IMG/VR virus record: IMGVR_UViG_3300027672_001056
Location: 1-37,651 of that record
Direction: 5' to 3' (one strand)
DNA length: 37,651 nucleotides
Source of the DNA: a virus
Taxonomy: Duplodnaviria > Caudoviricetes
This document shows positions 9,194-16,594 of this stretch, piece after piece. The notes below the pieces were generated by a model, which was given only the letters and a program-made list of their open reading frames with translations, ran no database searches and was not told the origin of the DNA. How positions within the stretch are numbered: the first letter of the stretch is position 1; each line of letters starts with the position of its first letter. The position numbers and the translations under genes are program-made.

Positions 9194-9878
9194 TATACTT
9201 GTCTAAGTCCTCTGGTGTTCCTATAAAATGTATTTCGTTTTGATCAATCATGTAATCACCAACCGTTAACCCATCTTCGATTAAGTAGTTGTATGTAGCA
9301 CTAATGTAAAACTCGTTTAAAGATCTATTATCTTCTGCAATCATTTTAGTGCCTGAACTTACAAAGTCTGTACCACGTTTCCAATAATGTATTCCTGTTA
9401 ATGCATTGTTGCTGATTACTTCTTTTTCAACTACTTTTGTTACGTTACCTTTTTCTATTAAAGCATAACTGTGTTTAGGATTATCGTCATGTATAGTAAC
9501 AAGTCCGGCATCAAACATTCTTAAACGTTTCATAGCAGGTGCTGTATCCCACTCCATTACTTGATCGCAGTTAGCAATAATAAGTTCATCGTCATTGTTA
9601 ATTAGGTCAGTTAATAACAATACAGATTGCACAGCACCTTCGGTAACATAATCAATAATGTGGAAAGTACAGTTAGGAGTAACCATTTTTAATTCATGCA
9701 TTATATCAGGCGTAAGTGGGTCTTTAGGTAGAATATAATGATATGTACCTTCTAGAGCTAATGTTTTTACAGCAAGTGCAATCATCGAAACACCATCAAC
9801 TTTAATGTATGGCTTAGGTTCGTTGTATAGTGGCTTAAATCTACTGCCGGCGCCTGCCGCTGGTATAACAATATTCAT
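9180..9878 (-). CDS. Sugar-phosphate nucleotidyltransferase-like protein
   Basis: IPAAGAGSRF...PKP, ANCDQ, VVEK, EFYI..YN, GTPEDL. Confidence 0.85.
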   Translation of the reverse strand: MNIVIPAAGAGSRFKPLYNEPKPYIKVDGVSMIALAVKTLALEGTYHYILPKDPLTPDIMHELKMVTPNCTFHIIDYVTEGAVQSVLLLTDLINNDDELIIANCDQVMEWDTAPAMKRLRMFDAGLVTIHDDNPKHSYALIEKGNVTKVVEKEVISNNALTGIHYWKRGTDFVSSGTKMIAEDNRSLNEFYISATYNYLIEDGLTVGDYMIDQNEIHFIGTPEDLDKYNGNK

Positions 9879-9883
9879 GCTAC

Positions 9884-9889
9884 TATTTA
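9884..9889 (-). promoter_or_regulatory. Late-type promoter motif TAAATA, 5 nt before ATG
   Basis: TAAATA-GTAGC-ATG; resembles the T4 late promoter TATAAATA; same spacing recurs six times. Confidence 0.7.
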
Positions 9890-9902
9890 TTTAGTTAAAC
9901 CT

Positions 9903-10544
9903 CTATAGATAGTCTTTTAACGGCAACACAATGCTACGAATTTTACTTCCTCTGCCGTTGCCATCTGCTTCTTCTTCTTGTAACACTTGATCCCAGGTAG
10001 ATAAATTAAATGCTGAACTTATCCGCAGTGTATCAGATGTATTCTTTTGCCCCCAGTGCAAAATATGCCCTGGCATCATAACAAAATGCCCATCAAAGTT
10101 AGGTAGCGGTACAATTGTTCTAGTTGCGGGGTCGTTCTGATCTGTGTAATATGTTTCTGTTCCGGTATCTTGTATAACATAATTACCGTGCCATGTGCCA
10201 TAATGCCTGTGTGGATTTAATGTTTTTCCTTTTGGCCAAACATTAATCCAACTCTTAAAATAGTAGTCTTGGTAGTTGTCGCCGACGAGATCTAAACTTT
10301 CAGCAATGCAGTTAAACATAAATGATAAATTAGGAAATAATTCTATGCAAGTGTAATCGTGGTACGTTTCCCAGCTACCTGACATGTAATCGTAGTTATT
10401 AAGTTCTTCAGACCACGGAAATACTTCAGCACTACGATCGAGTATTTCTTTACCGATAGCAACAAGGTTAGATGGAACACATTTGCCATCTACCAATGGT
10501 TCTCCAAATATTGTTTTTAATTCTAATTGTTTTTCAATTATCAT
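9903..10544 (-). CDS. Putative 2OG-Fe(II) oxygenase/cupin-fold protein
   Basis: SWINV...PHRH...GNYVI...MPGHILH...RISSAFN; start at the ATGA overlap. Confidence 0.7.
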   Translation of the reverse strand: MIIEKQLELKTIFGEPLVDGKCVPSNLVAIGKEILDRSAEVFPWSEELNNYDYMSGSWETYHDYTCIELFPNLSFMFNCIAESLDLVGDNYQDYYFKSWINVWPKGKTLNPHRHYGTWHGNYVIQDTGTETYYTDQNDPATRTIVPLPNFDGHFVMMPGHILHWGQKNTSDTLRISSAFNLSTWDQVLQEEEADGNGRGSKIRSIVLPLKDYL

Positions 10545-11113
10545 CTGTACCACACATTTTTTTGTTCATAACTCGAAGCTCGTAGTCCTTTTATATTACT
10601 AAAACTAAAATACCCAGTTAGCCTAACAAAGTTATCTATCGGTGTGTCTGCTTTGTGCCAAGTTCTGCCATCGAAAATTACTAACCTATTGAACACATTT
10701 TCTATCTCTGTCTCCCCTACTGTTAATCCGTTTCCAATTACATGTTTGTCAATTTCAGGATTTAAAAAAATTAGACAACTTACATAAAACGAATCGTCGG
10801 CAAACTTAGCTGGTAATATATCTCTGTGACCTACCATTACATCTTGTTCTGTGTTTACATTTAAGTGAGCTCTAGTTAAGTGCTTAATCTTAATTTTAGA
10901 ATTAAATTGTTGAGCATATGGTAATAGCCATGATTCAGCATCAAAGACAGTATACATATCTTGAAGGCTAAACATTGTAGATAAAAATGCAGGATTAGAA
11001 CTATCAGCCTCACGCCTACACAATGTAAGACGTACATTATTAATGTAATGGTCTTTCCATCTTTCTACAATGCTATCTGGCATTGCGTTGTCTATAATCA
11101 TTGCATCATTCAT
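10541..11113 (-). CDS. 2OG-Fe(II) oxygenase (prolyl-hydroxylase-like)
   Basis: HRD, NRLVIFDG..WH, distal R. Start moved to the ATG at 11113 because the longer ORF overlaps tRNA-Gly. Confidence 0.75.
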   Translation of the reverse strand: MNDAMIIDNAMPDSIVERWKDHYINNVRLTLCRREADSSNPAFLSTMFSLQDMYTVFDAESWLLPYAQQFNSKIKIKHLTRAHLNVNTEQDVMVGHRDILPAKFADDSFYVSCLIFLNPEIDKHVIGNGLTVGETEIENVFNRLVIFDGRTWHKADTPIDNFVRLTGYFSFSNIKGLRASSYEQKNVWYR

Positions 11114-11125
11114 ATCTATACCAAA

Positions 11126-11200
11126 TGGAGCGGGTGGAGAGGATCGAACTCTCATCAAAAGGTTGGAAACCTCTTATAATAGCCATTATACGACACCCGC
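11126..11200 (-). tRNA. tRNA-Gly(UCC)
   Basis: GCGGGTG acceptor, anticodon loop TT-TCC-AA, TTCGA T-loop, encoded CCA. Confidence 0.95.
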
Positions 11201-11205
11201 TAAAG

Positions 11206-11282
11206 TGGTGGGTCTGCTTGGACTTGAACCAAGACTCTGCCGATTATGAGTCGGATGCATTAACCAATTATGCTACAGACCC
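11206..11282 (-). tRNA. tRNA with CAU anticodon, probably Ile2 (lysidine type); elongator Met not excluded
   Basis: GGGTCTG acceptor, CCGA-CTCATAA-TCGG, A discriminator, CCA; lacks the initiator GGG/CCC anticodon stem. Confidence 0.85.
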
Positions 11283-11362
11283 GAGTGTAGGGTTCGCCGC
11301 CCTACCGTCTACTCTTATGCATTATTTAGAATTCGGTCCAAATGCTGTTGACCTATAATAAT

Positions 11363-11438
11363 TGGTGGAGATGATAGGGATCGAACCTACGACCTGTTCC
11401 GTGCAAGGGAACCGCTCTCCCAACTGAGCTACATCCCC
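11363..11438 (-). tRNA. tRNA-Ala(UGC)
   Basis: GGGGATG/CATCTCC acceptor with G3:U70, anticodon TGC, CCA. Confidence 0.96.
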
Positions 11439-11449
11439 AATTATTTAAC

Positions 11450-11483
11450 TATTTATTATACAGCCTATATATTTGATTGTCAA
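11450..11483 (-). promoter_or_regulatory. sigma70 promoter TTGACA-N17-TATAAT fused to a TAAATA motif, upstream of tRNA-Ala
   Basis: TTGACA 11483-11478 (contains the upstream TGA stop), TATAAT 11460-11455, TAAATA 11455-11450. Confidence 0.85.
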
Positions 11484-12349
11484 CCTGGAAGTGAAACTGT
11501 TTGTTGTAAACTTTCTAGTTTGTAATATGTGTTGTCTCTATTTTTTACATGCCCTGTATACGGAGTACTAAACCATTTCTTTTCATCTTCTTTTGCTAAC
11601 TGTTTTACAGTGTCGCTAAATGAATGATCAAATATGTTTTCTAAGTATGCAATATGTTCAGTTGGTAAAGGATGCAAATCATATAATCCTTTATTTGCTG
11701 TTGCTGTTAAAAATAAGTTTCTTTTTCTATACTTACTGTGTAAAGGTAATTCATCGCCTGTGTGTATTTCTGTAAGATTTTCGAGTACATCTGCATAACT
11801 ATTGTAACCTGGGAATAGTACACTAACAAAACTAGGCATTAACTTGCCTGCTATTTTAAGCATTTTTTCCTGTGTTACACTCTCCATTTGTAAATTAATG
11901 CAAGAACACTGTAATGTATTTTGATATACAATAGAAGATTTAATAGCTATCAACGAGTCTAGTAACAGTGTATTATATGTTTGATGCTTAGTTATTTCAT
12001 CAACGGATTGCTTTCTATTGTCACTAACTGCTACATTGTGATCAGTTAATGATCCCCAATGATGCCATTGCATCGAATCACTGTAAAAACTATCTCCTAG
12101 TACACTAAGCCTAGCAGGCATAGTCCATTGTGTGATTACTAAATCATCTGCTGTAAGTTTATATTTGTTATCTAATAAAAATAGCTGGCTTTGTATATAT
12201 TTGTTACTTGCACCCGAATGGCCTAAATTATATAACGGAATATCTAACTCTGCTGATAATGCTGCTGCCCAAGTAGGCCAATTGTTGCATTGTGTAAAGC
12301 TACAACCTATTGCAAACAGTCTATTATATTTTTTAGCAAAGTCTATCAT
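11480..12349 (-). CDS. SGNH-like protein
   Basis: GCSFT, NLGHSGASN, QWT..AR, DLHPLPTEH. Confidence 0.7.
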   Translation of the reverse strand: MIDFAKKYNRLFAIGCSFTQCNNWPTWAAALSAELDIPLYNLGHSGASNKYIQSQLFLLDNKYKLTADDLVITQWTMPARLSVLGDSFYSDSMQWHHWGSLTDHNVAVSDNRKQSVDEITKHQTYNTLLLDSLIAIKSSIVYQNTLQCSCINLQMESVTQEKMLKIAGKLMPSFVSVLFPGYNSYADVLENLTEIHTGDELPLHSKYRKRNLFLTATANKGLYDLHPLPTEHIAYLENIFDHSFSDTVKQLAKEDEKKWFSTPYTGHVKNRDNTYYKLESLQQTVSLPG

Positions 12350-12921
12350 AGTAATATAGGTATTTGTATGAATGGATTGTTTAGTTCTGTTAATGTGTCA
12401 TTTACATCAAATGCTAATGTAATTCGAGGCTGTTCAAACTTGTCTACTATTAATACTCGGTGTTTGTTTTCTCCCGGACCTATGTATATGTTACCTACTT
12501 GGTTCTCAATGTTTACAGTTTCAAACTGGGTAATGGTATTGTTTGGCCTAATAGACATGTAGCCATGGAACAGTGAGCTGTGGTTGTGCCAATTCAACAC
12601 TGTCTTTTCGTTATGGTAGTTTATCCAACACTTTAAATATAGAGAACTGCTGCTACCTGTGTAGGAATCTTTTATTAGGCTAAGCAATTCATCAAACACA
12701 GTGTTCCACTCTTTGCTGTTTCTTAACAGTAGTAAAGCATTGTACTCGTTGTACAAACTAGTAGAATCTTGTTTGGTATTCTTGTAACGTTGTATATCGG
12801 ATGTATTTGCATTGTTACTAGAAAACTGCTCACCATACACTAACATTATATCGTCAACATACTTAGATAATGTATCAGCATTATCAATAATGTATTGAGA
12901 TTTGTGTAGTGTGTATTTCAT
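12346..12921 (-). CDS. Putative 2OG-Fe(II) oxygenase/cupin-fold protein
   Basis: CWINYH...WHNH...GYMSI...HRV...RITLAFD; TAAATA 7 nt upstream. Confidence 0.7.
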   Translation of the reverse strand: MKYTLHKSQYIIDNADTLSKYVDDIMLVYGEQFSSNNANTSDIQRYKNTKQDSTSLYNEYNALLLLRNSKEWNTVFDELLSLIKDSYTGSSSSLYLKCWINYHNEKTVLNWHNHSSLFHGYMSIRPNNTITQFETVNIENQVGNIYIGPGENKHRVLIVDKFEQPRITLAFDVNDTLTELNNPFIQIPILL

Positions 12922-12945
12922 GTAGTCTTATTTATTCCCAACAAC

Positions 12946-13035
12946 TGGCGGAGAGTGAGGGATTCGAACCCTCGGTCCAGTTACCCAGACGCCTCCTTAG
13001 CAGGGAGGTACTTTCGACCACTCAGCCAACTCTCC
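12946..13035 (-). tRNA. tRNA-Ser(GCU)
   Basis: GGAGAGT acceptor, CCTCC-CT-GCT-AA-GGAGG, long variable arm, GCCA end. Confidence 0.95.
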
Positions 13036-13040
13036 AATTT

Positions 13041-13117
13041 TGGTGCGCCTTGCAAGATTCGAACTTGCGACCATCCGCTTAGAAGGCGGAGGCTCTATCC
13101 AGCTGAGCTAAAGGCGC
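13041..13117 (-). tRNA. tRNA-Arg(UCU)
   Basis: GCGCCTT acceptor, TCCGC-CT-TCT-AA-GCGGA, CCA. Confidence 0.96.
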
Positions 13118-13146
13118 AACGCTCTTTTACTTCTAGTAGAAGTGTT

Positions 13147-13239
13147 GCATCGAAAAGGCCCCGCACCAGTATTCTCTGGCTGTACAAATGAACGTACTGC
13201 ACCTCACGAACCAGTTGATCTAGGTCCGCCTTTTCTTGC
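13147..13239 (-). ncRNA. Candidate structured ncRNA (four-way junction)
   Basis: Closing helix GAAAAGGC/GCCTTTTC enclosing three hairpins whose G-U pairs only work on the minus strand; lies between a promoter and tRNA-Arg. Confidence 0.5.
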
Positions 13240-13263
13240 CCTTGTTTACCCACGCTAAAATTG

Positions 13264-13473
13264 TTAAATCTTGTATTCCGGCCTGTGCTTATTATACAGT
13301 TCTTTTGCAACTGTGTCAAGCCCTAATCCACAACAAATATCCATTTGTCTACGAATCTCATTTGATTGTTCGTTACCTTTTTTCCACGCACGATGATCAT
13401 CACTGTAGTTGTATGTCCAATCGTGTGTTTTTAGTAATTGCTCTAATGTATCTAGATCTGGGTGAATTGACAT
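13264..13473 (-). CDS. Small phage protein (HDWxYxYSDD type)
   Basis: 69 aa, GAGAG upstream, consensus promoter about 35 nt upstream. Confidence 0.75.
   Translation of the reverse strand: MSIHPDLDTLEQLLKTHDWTYNYSDDHRAWKKGNEQSNEIRRQMDICCGLGLDTVAKELYNKHRPEYKI
13291..13319 (-). promoter_or_regulatory. sigma70 promoter TTGACA-N17-TATAAT inside the 3' end of the 69-aa gene
   Basis: Perfect hexamers; points to the candidate ncRNA, tRNA-Arg and tRNA-Ser. Confidence 0.8.
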
Positions 13474-13507
13474 TGATTGTCTCTCGCATTGTTTAAATTA
13501 CTTGATT

Positions 13508-13535
13508 ATTATAACACGCATTACAAGGGTGTCAA
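13508..13535 (-). promoter_or_regulatory. sigma70 promoter TTGACA-N16-TATAAT with extended -10
   Basis: Perfect hexamers, TGnTATAAT. Confidence 0.8.
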
Positions 13536-13611
13536 CTACTATTTTCGGTGCGTTAAACAGCATATAAGCGCCGCTACACGCACTTTGCTTCGTAACTGTA
13601 TTTTATGGTGC

Positions 13612-14007
13612 TTATTTCAATAACTCTGCTAAGGTTAGCAATACTGCTGTTCCTGTTATAGCACTACCTATCATAATTGCTTTATCGTTCCAGCAATGTC
13701 CTACATAAGTCCAAGCAATACTGCTTAGTGCATAGGCTATTCTACCTTCAGTCATAAACTCTGCACTTTGCAAAAATACTCCTGTGACTGCAAGTATTGT
13801 TGCCGCCCATTTAACATAACTATCAACTGTACCGATAGGAGTTGCAGGACTTAGGTCTTCAACTTGAACCTGTAGTTCTTCCATCTCTTGCCGTAGTCGA
13901 GATCGTTCAGCATTCAACTCCATAGCAAGACGGCCAGTTTTAGTCATAGTGCTTGACTCGAACTGTTCCTTAACTTCTGCTTTTATTTCTTTTGCTAAAT
14001 TACTCAT
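13612..14007 (-). CDS. Membrane protein with N-terminal coiled coil and about 3 hydrophobic segments
   Basis: 131 aa; hydrophobic C-terminal half; TAAGTA 5 nt before ATG. Confidence 0.75.
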   Translation of the reverse strand: MSNLAKEIKAEVKEQFESSTMTKTGRLAMELNAERSRLRQEMEELQVQVEDLSPATPIGTVDSYVKWAATILAVTGVFLQSAEFMTEGRIAYALSSIAWTYVGHCWNDKAIMIGSAITGTAVLLTLAELLK

Positions 14008-14029
14008 ACTATTACTTATATCTTAAATT

Positions 14030-14103
14030 TGGCAACCCAGTAAGGAATCGAACCTCAATCTACGGTTTTGGAGACCGCCGTAATACCATTATACCACTGA
14101 GCT
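14030..14103 (-). tRNA. tRNA-Trp(CCA)
   Basis: AGCTCAG/CTGGGTT acceptor, GCGGT-CT-CCA-AA-ACCGT, GCCA end. Confidence 0.93.
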
Positions 14104-14109
14104 ATTGTT

Positions 14110-14305
14110 TTGCTGGGGTGAACTAGCCGCTTCACTGTACAATACTGTCTGCTGGGTAATCCCGTCTAAGTATCATACTCCACTTCTTCGTTCTTACGCA
14201 CCCCCGCGGATACGGACTACTGTCATCGTGCTCCAATTCTTAGGAACGACCCTAAGTTCTTTCATAGAAGGAGCAACTTACTACTAGCACATAGTTACTG
14301 TGCTT
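14110..14305 (-). ncRNA. Candidate ~200-nt structured ncRNA between tRNA-Leu and tRNA-Trp
   Basis: GC-enriched, no credible ORF, multiple nested stems (TGCTCC/GGAGCA, CTTAGG/CCTAAG, TTCT/AGAA, AGCACA/TGTGCT, CGTATCC/GGGTGCG). Confidence 0.55.
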
Positions 14306-14308
14306 GTA

Positions 14309-14394
14309 TGGTACCCGGAACTGGATTCGAACCAGCAAGCCCTTTCAGGCGGGAGATTTTAAGTCTCCTGTGTATACCGTTCCACCATCCGGGC
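14309..14394 (-). tRNA. tRNA-Leu(UAA)
   Basis: GCCCGGA acceptor, GGAGA-CT-TAA-AA-TCTCC, long variable arm, ACCA end. Confidence 0.95.
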
Positions 14395-14402
14395 AGTAAA
14401 CA

Positions 14403-14591
14403 TTAAATATCTAACTCTAGTTGCTTAGAGTCTGTTTGGTCATGTTGATCTGCAGTAGCTTCAGCAGCGTCAGTTAACACTTTAATAATGCCTATACGAG
14501 CAAATTGCTCTGTGGATTTTTCGTCCATATCTATAATGATATTTGCACCACCATCTTCTCTATCAATTACATCCAGTACATCTATTCGCAT
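14403..14591 (-). CDS. Hypothetical protein (62 aa)
   Basis: ATG with AGAGA upstream, downstream of a consensus promoter. Confidence 0.7.
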   Translation of the reverse strand: MRIDVLDVIDREDGGANIIIDMDEKSTEQFARIGIIKVLTDAAEATADQHDQTDSKQLELDI

Positions 14592-14618
14592 TGTTTGTTT
14601 CTCTTTATGATAGCGTGT

Positions 14619-14647
14619 ATTATACAGTTATACACAAGGTTTGTCAA
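14619..14647 (-). promoter_or_regulatory. sigma70 promoter TTGACA-N17-TATAAT
   Basis: Perfect hexamers; the -35 contains the upstream TGA stop. Confidence 0.85.
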
Positions 14648-15114
14648 GCATTCTTTTTGACATAATCAAAATAATACTGAGCTAATTTATCTTGCTTTGC
14701 ATAGGCTTCTTTCTCCCATGGAGCGTCCCAATATGCATCTTGGCTTTTCTTAGCAACAAACTTCTTGCCTTTAAATGTCGGCTCCGAGCTTAGGTCGAGT
14801 CCGTCTTTTACAAACTGCTTCACATGTACCATTTCGTGTGCAAGAGTTTTAATCATATCTCGGAAACGCTTCTTACGCCAAATAAAGATACTTACTTCCC
14901 AGGCTTTAGCTTTTTTATACTGTTTTGCAAAACACCAGCCTTGGCAATCGCCGTCTGTTTTGTTTACAGTACGACCCATCATAATATCAAAGTCCATCGG
15001 CATGTGTGCAATACCTAACTTTGCACTCATAATAGCAACTGCTGATTCTATTTTTAGTGCAACAGCTTTATCGTAAGGCTTCCCGCCAGATGGTCCAGCA
15101 ACAAAAATTGTCAT
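14644..15114 (-). CDS. HExxH zinc metallopeptidase-like protein (paralog of 4394..4828)
   Basis: TLAHEMVHVKQ...PWEKEA; start at the ATG at 15114 (AAGGT upstream). Confidence 0.75.
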   Translation of the reverse strand: MTIFVAGPSGGKPYDKAVALKIESAVAIMSAKLGIAHMPMDFDIMMGRTVNKTDGDCQGWCFAKQYKKAKAWEVSIFIWRKKRFRDMIKTLAHEMVHVKQFVKDGLDLSSEPTFKGKKFVAKKSQDAYWDAPWEKEAYAKQDKLAQYYFDYVKKNA

Positions 15115-15119
15115 TGTGT

Positions 15120-15659
15120 TTACCTTTCGGTTACGTTGAAATACTTGTATGTTTGCTGTACGCAAACTGCTTGGTAGTATGCATCAGCATCTGCACTGTG
15201 CAGGTTTTGCTGAATTGCTTTACGTGGATCTGTTGGCATCATGTTAAAGATTGTTCTACAATCCATAATCTGCCAAAATGCCCAACCTTTGTGATGATCA
15301 AATTGCTTAAATAGATCTTCAAGTATGACCATATCAAACTGAGGACCTTGACACCAAACTTTATCAACACCAACAAGATACTTGTTTAGTTCGCCCATGA
15401 ATTGAGCTAACGGTATTCTGCCGTCTTCGCTGAATGCTTCGTCTTGTATGTGTGCAGGTTGTTTTGCCCACCACGCTAATGTGCTGTCTAACACACTACG
15501 TTCGGCAGTTGTTTGAGTATCAATCTCAGGCTTCCACAGTGTTTTAGCATGTGGCTCAGTGGGCATATACGGGTCAAATTTAACTGCCCCTACTGATAAT
15601 ACTACACAGTCAGGTTCAGTTCCTAGTGTTTCGATATCTATCATTGCGTGTGTTTTCAT
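15120..15659 (-). CDS. DEDDh 3'-5' exonuclease (T4 DexA / RNase AS-like)
   Basis: MIDIETLG, WCQGPQFD, DCRT, HSADADA motifs. Confidence 0.85.
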   Translation of the reverse strand: MKTHAMIDIETLGTEPDCVVLSVGAVKFDPYMPTEPHAKTLWKPEIDTQTTAERSVLDSTLAWWAKQPAHIQDEAFSEDGRIPLAQFMGELNKYLVGVDKVWCQGPQFDMVILEDLFKQFDHHKGWAFWQIMDCRTIFNMMPTDPRKAIQQNLHSADADAYYQAVCVQQTYKYFNVTER

Positions 15660-15665
15660 GTAGTT

Positions 15666-15694
15666 ATTATAACAATATCACACCTAAATGTCAA
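15666..15694 (-). promoter_or_regulatory. sigma70 promoter TTGACA-N17-TATAAT, extended -10, 6 nt before ATG
   Basis: Perfect hexamers; probable leaderless transcript. Confidence 0.85.
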
Positions 15695-15723
15695 GGAAAA
15701 AATTCCCTTTATTTTTCAATGAC

Positions 15724-16584
15724 TTACAACGTTAAAACAGTATCATCTGGTAGCTGATCGTCGTTAACTGATGCTAATTGTCCTGCACCTTTAACCCCGT
15801 CAGCCCATTGCATTTTCTCAAATGGATCTTGTTCGCCTGCTTTAACAGCATTCCACCAAGTTAGATCAGCACCGTTTGTTCTTTCTAAGAACCATGCAAT
15901 CTTATGTGCTGTTGCAACACGAGCATGTTGCATTGCTTCGTGGCCAAAGTCTCTAGGGTCACTTGGATTGCCTTCCATGTATTTTCTATTACGGAAAGTT
16001 TCGTCATCGTTATTGCCTGTGATATCTGCTCTGTCATGAATAAATTCAACATCTATTCTTTCAAACACATCTAACATATATGCAATATGACTTAGCCATG
16101 CATCATTTTGTGCGTTTTGACTTAGGTGGCCAATGAGGATATACCAGTCTCGAGGGACAACAGGAAAGATAGCATAAGGATGCCCGTTGTGATTATCTTT
16201 AGGTGCTAGTAATTTAAACTGACCTGTGTAACTATCAATTACTTCGTCCCAGCCTTGTGTTTCCATTAGCCCATCGTCGTTCCAAAAGAACAACCATTCG
16301 CCAGTTGCTGCTCCAGCAAGTGTGTTTACATAAGTATGTAAGTTTTCATAACCCAATGGCTTAAAAATATTTGCTCTTGCTTCTACCCCTAACTCTTGTA
16401 AGTAAGGTGCAATAGTTTCTTTAATATATGCAGTAGTATCGGCATCGTCTTCGTCTAGTCCGAGCATTATTTCAATGTCTCCTGGATTAGTAGCCTTAGA
16501 CATTAGTGACTTAATACTTTTTTCAAGTAGTTCGGGTCTTCCTCTAGTAGGAAGTAAAACTGTTATTTTTTTTACTGATTCCAT
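15724..16584 (-). CDS. Glycosyltransferase family 2-like
   Basis: ITVLLPTRGRP, D-rich loop, FFWNDD (DxD-like); AAGGA RBS. Confidence 0.8.
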   Translation of the reverse strand: MESVKKITVLLPTRGRPELLEKSIKSLMSKATNPGDIEIMLGLDEDDADTTAYIKETIAPYLQELGVEARANIFKPLGYENLHTYVNTLAGAATGEWLFFWNDDGLMETQGWDEVIDSYTGQFKLLAPKDNHNGHPYAIFPVVPRDWYILIGHLSQNAQNDAWLSHIAYMLDVFERIDVEFIHDRADITGNNDDETFRNRKYMEGNPSDPRDFGHEAMQHARVATAHKIAWFLERTNGADLTWWNAVKAGEQDPFEKMQWADGVKGAGQLASVNDDQLPDDTVLTL

Positions 16585-16594
16585 GTGCTATTCC

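Noticed and set aside
11283-11315. GGCGAA followed by a helix strand, reminiscent of HDV-like (theta) ribozyme J4/2-P2
   Set aside because: CCCTAC pairs with the immediately adjacent GTAGGG; the nested double pseudoknot cannot be built.
14110-14206. GGGGGTG...CACCCC resembling tmRNA or tRNA acceptor ends
   Set aside because: No T-arm, no CCA, too short, no tag reading frame.
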